Origin: Abditibacterium sp.
Lineage (GTDB): Bacteria; Armatimonadota; Abditibacteriia; Abditibacteriales; Abditibacteriaceae
Assembly (NCBI GenBank): GCA_965199495.1
Contig: CBDASK010000003.1
Location: 4,128,001-4,192,000 of the forward strand
Reading direction: 5' to 3'
DNA length: 64,000 nucleotides
Both the position numbers and the translations under genes were made by a program. Position 1 is the first letter of the stretch. Each line of letters starts with the position of its first letter. The notes beneath the pieces were generated by a model, which saw nothing but the letters and a program-made list of their open reading frames with translations, was not told the origin of the DNA and did not search any database. Positions 59,244 through 64,000 of this stretch are shown piece by piece.

Positions 59244-59667
59244 AGTCACTGGCGGCGTCAATCGCCGTCGCACGGCGCCGATGGCCGAAATTAACATCAT
59301 TCCGCTCGTGGACGTGATGCTGGTTCTGCTGATCATTTTCATGGTGACGACGGCGTTTACCAAAGACACCGAATTGGGACTGAAATTGCCTCAGGCCGCG
59401 AGCGGCGTTGCGGCGCCCCAGCAGAACCGCGATTTGACTATCGCCTTGACGCGCGCGGGCGCGCTCATTGCCGATGGCCAAAGCGTGACGCCCGCGCAGT
59501 TGCCCGCGTTGATGCGCGCCCGCCTGAAAAGCGACCCGAAAGTGAAAGTGATTATCAAGGGCGACGGCGGCGTGGCTTATGAGCGCGTGGTGAAAGTGAT
59601 GGATAGCGCGCGCCAGGCCGGGCTGACCAGCGTCTCGCTGGGCACGCGTCAATCCGACGAAAAGTGA
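59236..59667 (+). CDS. ExbD/TolR family protein
   Basis: EINIIPLVDVMLVLLIIFMV, IKGD..V.YERVVKVMD.ARQAG. Confidence 0.93.
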   Translation: MPKVTGGVNRRRTAPMAEINIIPLVDVMLVLLIIFMVTTAFTKDTELGLKLPQAASGVAAPQQNRDLTIALTRAGALIADGQSVTPAQLPALMRARLKSDPKVKVIIKGDGGVAYERVVKVMDSARQAGLTSVSLGTRQSDEK

Positions 59668-61124
59668 GTTGTGCGGAAACAGAACTTACGACGATGATGC
59701 GATTCGATTTGTCCAACTGGCGCCGGGGAATTTGGCCGCTCGTGATGGGTTCGCTGGCGTTGCACGCGCTGATCTTGTTGCTGGCAAGCCGCATCCCCGC
59801 CGCAGCCACGCCGCCCGACGAGCGCCTCGTCGAAGTTCAATTGGCGCCCGCGCCAACAGTCGTGCCAACGCGTCAACCGCCAGCCAAAACCAAGAAATCG
59901 CCGTTGCCCATCGCTACCAAAAAGCGCGCGATTCAGCCCCAACTAACGCAACCGCGCCAAAAGCCCAGAGTTGTGCCGACGCGCGCGCCCGTTGTCGCGC
60001 CGCTTCCCACGCCGATTGTGACGACTCCGCCGCCACGAAAGCGCGTGACGCCGGTCATCGCGCCAACGGCGTTGCCCGTCGCGACGGCTGTGCCGCAACC
60101 GAGCGTGGCCGCCACGCCGATTCCCCGGCGTTTGCCGCCTTCGTCGAACGCCGCGCCAACACCGACGGCGCCGACGAAAAGCAATTCGACCGGCACAGGA
60201 AAAGGCGAAGGGAGCGGCGAGGGCGCCGGGAAAGGCGAAGGAAACGGTGAGGGCGCGGGGAAGGGTGAAGGTAAAGGCGCGGGCAAAGGGAGTGGTGAAG
60301 GCAAAGGCGAGGGCAGCGGCAAAGGAAACGGAAACGGTAGCGGCGAAGGAGACGGAAACGGCGAGGGCAGCGGCAAAGGTAACGGAAATGGTAGCGGCGA
60401 AGGAGACGGAAACGGCGCTGGCAAAGGAAATGGTAACGGTAACGGTAACGGAAATGGAAGTGGCGACGGAAACGGCGCGGGTGGCGGGAACGGTTCGGGC
60501 GCTGGCGGCGGCGGAAATGGCGGAGGAGGAGGCGGAAAAGGGGGCGGCGGGCCGTTTGGTGTGGGCGGCGGGGGCGGGCAGGGCGCGCGGCGCATCATCT
60601 ATGTTTTGGATGTTTCGCCGAGCATGGAAGATCGGATGGAGCGCGCCAATGCCGAATTGAGTCAGGCGCTCGATAATCTGGTGCCGGGCGAAACCTTCGA
60701 TATTATCGCGTTTGATGCGAAGGCTTATCTGCTCGATAAAGCACTGTTGCCCGCGACGCCCGCCAACCTCGCGCGGGCGCGCAAGTTTCTGGAAGACCTG
60801 CGCTTGGATGTGCAAGAGGGCCGAAGTAATGGCACCAACTTGCAGCTGGCTTTGCGCCGCGCGCTGCAAACCCGCGCGGTCAACGTCGTCGTCGTTATCA
60901 CCGATGGCGAGCCGACCATCGGACAAACCGATTTCGCGGCGATTGCGAAAAAAGCGCGCCAGCTCAATAAAACTAAAGCGCGCATTGATACCGTCGGTCT
61001 GGTCGGGCACAACCCCGACGGTTCGCAGGATACGTTCGATGCCGGGCGTTTGCTGCAACAGATCGCCCGCGAAAGCGGCGGCCAATTCAAAGCCGTCGAA
61101 GACGAAGGCGCTGCACTGAAATAA
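59664..61124 (+). CDS. TonB-like membrane-anchored protein with Pro-rich and Gly-rich spacer and C-terminal vWA domain
   Basis: TM with SLALH (SxxxH), Pro/Thr-rich segment, GE/GN/GK repeats, MIDAS DVSPS...GTN...ITDGEPT; exact start uncertain (59664 or 59694). Confidence 0.85.
   Translation: MSCAETELTTMMRFDLSNWRRGIWPLVMGSLALHALILLLASRIPAAATPPDERLVEVQLAPAPTVVPTRQPPAKTKKSPLPIATKKRAIQPQLTQPRQKPRVVPTRAPVVAPLPTPIVTTPPPRKRVTPVIAPTALPVATAVPQPSVAATPIPRRLPPSSNAAPTPTAPTKSNSTGTGKGEGSGEGAGKGEGNGEGAGKGEGKGAGKGSGEGKGEGSGKGNGNGSGEGDGNGEGSGKGNGNGSGEGDGNGAGKGNGNGNGNGNGSGDGNGAGGGNGSGAGGGGNGGGGGGKGGGGPFGVGGGGGQGARRIIYVLDVSPSMEDRMERANAELSQALDNLVPGETFDIIAFDAKAYLLDKALLPATPANLARARKFLEDLRLDVQEGRSNGTNLQLALRRALQTRAVNVVVVITDGEPTIGQTDFAAIAKKARQLNKTKARIDTVGLVGHNPDGSQDTFDAGRLLQQIARESGGQFKAVEDEGAALK
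60306..60413 (+). repeat. 54-bp near-perfect tandem duplication inside the Gly-rich coding tract
   Basis: GEGSGKGNGNGSGEGDGN encoded twice (60306-60359, 60360-60413). Confidence 0.85.
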
Positions 61125-61195
61125 GCCGCCCAAACACCGCTTGCTAAACTCTAATCGTTGGCAGTCTGCATTTAGCACGCGCACTTCCGAAAATT

Positions 61196-62047
61196 ATGAA
61201 TAACTCACTTTCTCCGCTCGCTGTTGGCGTGATGACCGGACTTGCTGATGGCCCGCTCGCCGGTTTGCAAACCGTGCGCGACGCCGATATTGGAACGGTT
61301 CATTTGCAATATCCGGCGCGGTTCGACAACGCCGATGGCATCGAAGCGATTCGCGATGCCGTCCGTCAGACCGGCGTCGCGATTACCACGGTTTTCTGCG
61401 GTTTTGAAGGTGAATCTTACGCCGATATTCCCACTGTTATCAATACGGTTGGTCTGGTGCCCGAAGAGCCACGCGAAGCGCGCGTCGAGAAAATCGAGCA
61501 GATTTCCAAGTTCGCGCGCGAGTTGGGCGTGGCACGCGTCGGCGCGCACATCGGTTTTATTCCACACGACAAATCCGATCCGCGCTATGATGCCCTCGTC
61601 GAAACCGTGCGCGGCATCTGCGACGCGTTGGCGGCGCGCGAGCAGGTTTTCGCGCTCGAAACCGGACAGGAAACCGCCGAATCGTTGAAAGAATTTATTT
61701 CGGACGTGAAACGCGATAATTTAAAAGTCAATTTCGATCCGGCCAACATGATTTTGTATGGCACGCAAGAACCGATTCCAGCGACCGAACTGCTGTTTCC
61801 GTGGATTGATGGCGTGCATTGCAAAGATGGCACTTGGCCGACGCAGGAAAACCAATTGGGACACGAAACTCCGTTCGGCGCGGGCGCGGTTGATGCGGCG
61901 GCGTGGCTGCAAACATTGATCGAATTGGGCTATCGCGGGCCGTTGACCATCGAACGCGAAATTAGTGGCCCCGACCAATTGCGCGATATTGTCGCGGCGA
62001 AAGAGTTGATCGAAAGCGTTGTGGGCGAAGCGGGTGTTGAGAATTAG
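61196..62047 (+). CDS. Sugar phosphate isomerase/epimerase (AP endonuclease 2 TIM barrel)
   Basis: HIGFIP, LETGQE, NFDPAN, VHCKD, G.GAVD, GY.GPLTIERE. Confidence 0.9.
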   Translation: MNNSLSPLAVGVMTGLADGPLAGLQTVRDADIGTVHLQYPARFDNADGIEAIRDAVRQTGVAITTVFCGFEGESYADIPTVINTVGLVPEEPREARVEKIEQISKFARELGVARVGAHIGFIPHDKSDPRYDALVETVRGICDALAAREQVFALETGQETAESLKEFISDVKRDNLKVNFDPANMILYGTQEPIPATELLFPWIDGVHCKDGTWPTQENQLGHETPFGAGAVDAAAWLQTLIELGYRGPLTIEREISGPDQLRDIVAAKELIESVVGEAGVEN

Positions 62048-62081
62048 AAAAGAAATTTGATTCGCCAAGATAATATTAATT

Positions 62082-62120
62082 AAAAACGCCTCGATTGAAA
62101 ATTTCAATCGAGGCGTTTTT
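62082..62120. terminator. Bidirectional terminator
   Basis: AAAAACGCCTCGATTGAAA-a-TTTCAATCGAGGCGTTTTT. Confidence 0.88.
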
Positions 62121-62136
62121 GGATATGAATAAAATT

Positions 62137-62208
62137 TACCGACAGTAGGAATCGAACCTACATCAGCGGATTAGAAGGCCGCGGCTCTATCCATTGAGCT
62201 ATGTCGGC
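62137..62208 (-). tRNA. tRNA-Arg(TCT)
   Basis: GCCGACATAGCTCAATGGATAGAGC...CT-TCT-AA...GTAGGTTCGATTCCTACTGTCGGTA; no encoded CCA. Confidence 0.9.
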
Positions 62209-62289
62209 GATTTTGTAACGCGCGAGGAAAACGCGCATCAAAAAACGCAAAAAGCGCGATAAAAAATCGCGCTTTGAAGTTGCATTCTC

Positions 62290-62360
62290 AGCAGGGAACG
62301 GGAATCGAACCCGTACTATCAGTTTGGAAGACTGAAGTTCTACCACTAAACTACCCCTGC
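62290..62360 (-). tRNA. tRNA-Gly(TCC)
   Basis: GCAGGGGTAGTTTAGTGGTAGAAC-TTCAGT-CT-TCC-AA-ACTGA...GGGTTCGATTCCCGTTCCCTGCT. Confidence 0.92.
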
Positions 62361-62394
62361 GAATCTCGTTCTGGGACAACGAGAAAAATCTCTA

Positions 62395-62469
62395 TCGGGA
62401 CGACTGGATTCGAACCAGCGGCATCTTGCTCCCAAAGCAAGCACTCTGACCAAGCTGAGCTACGTCCCG
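62395..62469 (-). tRNA. tRNA-Pro(TGG)
   Basis: CGGGACGTAGCTCAGCTTGGTCAGAG-TGCTTGC-TT-TGG-GA-GCAAG...GCTGGTTCGAATCCAGTCGTCCCGA. Confidence 0.93.
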
Positions 62470-62533
62470 TAAAAGCGAAAGCGCAGTATGACGGTTTTAT
62501 GGGTTCGCGTCAAGCCCCATTTAAACCGCTGGT

Positions 62534-63586
62534 TTAAGGGACGCGCGCCTGAGCTGCTTTAATCAAAGCGGCTTTGGCGAAAGCGCCCCAAAACGGCGTC
62601 GGGGCGTAATTCCAGTTTTGGATCGTGCGCGGCGAGGCGTCGGGGTGAAACGTCCAGCCCGTCCAACTCAGATTGTTGCTGTCGAGGTAGGCCAAAATTT
62701 TGGGCGCCCACTCTTGCGGCGCGATTTTGGCGTTTTGCATGTCTTTGGGATCGGCGCCGACTTCACCCACGAAAACCGGGTAAGTTTTGGCGATCTCGCC
62801 GACGTGCGGATCCCAATTTTCGGGCGCGCTGCCCTTCCACGGATAGATGTGCGAGCCGTAAACGATGCCGCCTCCGCCCCGGTCATCGAGCGCGGCGCCC
62901 TGAGAAATTTGGGACAAATCGTAGCCCCAATCCAAACCGCCCGCGATCACCAGATTGCGCGCGCCGCCCGCGCGAATCACGCCGACCAGCTTCTGCATTC
63001 CCGGCGTGTGGTAAACCAAGGGCCGCTCCTGGATCGTCTCCTGCACCGCGCCACCCTCTTTCCAGACCTCCCAAGAAACGTCGTGCGGCTCGTTGTATAA
63101 GTCGAACAAAACGGCGGGATTGTTGGCGTAATGCTGCGAAACCATCGCCCAGAAAATTTGCGAGAAATCGTCGGGCATTTTGTGCTGCCCGATGTTCGCC
63201 CCCATCTGACCGGCGTTCGACCAGTGCAAATCGAGCGCGACGTACGCGCCCTTTTCGCTGGCCAAGGTCACGACTTGATCCACCAATCGCCGGTAGGCCG
63301 CGCCGCCATCGTCTTGGCCGGGCGCTGTGCCCAGCCAGCGATCTTGGGCCAAGGGCAGACGAATCACGTTGGCGCGCCAATCGTCGCAGGCGACACGCAC
63401 CGATTCGAGAACGTGATCGCCTTCGTTGCTCCATTCCAGAGAAGGCACGTTGACGCCGGTCAAACGCACCGCGACTCCGGCCTCGTTCAAAATGCGATTG
63501 CCCGCAGTGTGCAACGCCAAAGGCGCGCCGTGCGCCATCAACGTCAGCATCCACAAAAGCGTCATAACACCCAGAAACTTGAGCAT
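62534..63586 (-). CDS. Secreted glycoside hydrolase family 5 (cellulase-like)
   Basis: Signal peptide, GVN, NVIRLP, LDLHW, DLYNEP (acid/base), SHIY, VGEVG (nucleophile), WTGW. Confidence 0.92.
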   Translation of the reverse strand: MLKFLGVMTLLWMLTLMAHGAPLALHTAGNRILNEAGVAVRLTGVNVPSLEWSNEGDHVLESVRVACDDWRANVIRLPLAQDRWLGTAPGQDDGGAAYRRLVDQVVTLASEKGAYVALDLHWSNAGQMGANIGQHKMPDDFSQIFWAMVSQHYANNPAVLFDLYNEPHDVSWEVWKEGGAVQETIQERPLVYHTPGMQKLVGVIRAGGARNLVIAGGLDWGYDLSQISQGAALDDRGGGGIVYGSHIYPWKGSAPENWDPHVGEIAKTYPVFVGEVGADPKDMQNAKIAPQEWAPKILAYLDSNNLSWTGWTFHPDASPRTIQNWNYAPTPFWGAFAKAALIKAAQARVP

Positions 63587-63605
63587 GATAAAAATTCGAG
63601 CCAAA

Positions 63606-64000
63606 TCAAACCGCAGAGTTTCCCGATGTTTCCTCGGCAAACACCACGCTCGCCTCGCCCTCGCTCGCCACAATTTCGCCCAGCTCGAACGCTTTCACTC
63701 CCTGTTCTTTCAGGTGCCCAATCGTAGCAGCCACGTCGCCTTGCTCCACGACCAATACCATGCCGATGCCCATATTGAACGTGGTAAACATCTCGCGTTC
63801 TTCGACGCTGCCCTCACTTTGAATCAAATCGAAAATCGGTGGCATGGGCCAACTGCCGCGTTTAATCTGCGCCACAACATTTTCGGGCAAAGCGCGCGGA
63901 ATGTTCTCGTAAAACCCGCCACCTGTAATATTGGCAATCGCCTTGACTTCGACGGCTTCGAGCAACGACAAAACCGGCTTCACATAAATCTGCGTCGGCG
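63606..64000 (-). CDS. purM: Phosphoribosylformylglycinamidine cyclo-ligase, 3' part only
   Basis: PTQIYVKP, ANITGGGFYENIPRALP, EMFTTFNMGIGM. Confidence 0.93.
   Translation of the reverse strand, partial: PTQIYVKPVLSLLEAVEVKAIANITGGGFYENIPRALPENVVAQIKRGSWPMPPIFDLIQSEGSVEEREMFTTFNMGIGMVLVVEQGDVAATIGHLKEQGVKAFELGEIVASEGEASVVFAEETSGNSAV

Noticed and set aside
59933..61184. Long antisense Pro-rich and Ala/Val-rich ORFs (221 aa, 413 aa)
   Set aside because: Shadow frames of the Gly-rich repeat in the TonB-like gene
8..63735. Dispersed motif interpreted as Chi, KOPS or HIP1
   Set aside because: About equal counts on both strands argue against Chi/KOPS within one replichore, and it is not palindromic like HIP1

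Overview
Bacterial chromosomal window, GC-rich by eye (roughly 55-60%). SLH, outer-membrane and ExbBD genes and the overall gene content suggest a diderm Terrabacteria lineage such as Abditibacteriota/Armatimonadota (inference only). It is mostly housekeeping and signalling genes: relA/spoT (5'-partial), nirA plus a flavoprotein partner, tkt, ACT-malic enzyme, sahR/ahcY, aroQ, ruvB, a pyrR-pyrB-pyrC-carA...carB operon with a PyrR attenuator, an exbB-exbD-TonB-like operon, tRNA-Pro/Gly/Arg, a GH5 and purM (partial). Main unexplained signals: (1) a non-palindromic motif (A)GCAGCCACG / CGTGGCTGC(T) is scattered on both strands at about one 9-mer per 2 kb, mostly inside genes and also as inverted pairs, one forming a terminator hairpin, as DNA-uptake sequences do; (2) the carA-carB interval holds nested foreign cassettes with a synonymously diverged orphan copy of the carB 5' end and a truncated toxin, as expected from homology-anchored integration of foreign DNA; (3) carB encodes only the N-terminal half; (4) a DosS/DosR-like heme-GAF two-component system sits with Acg and an orphan A2-type cytochrome oxidase subunit I; (5) a TonB-like protein ends in a vWA domain; (6) several REP-like families form long perfect hairpins whose symmetry extends into flanking DNA. 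All counts were made by eye and need computational confirmation.
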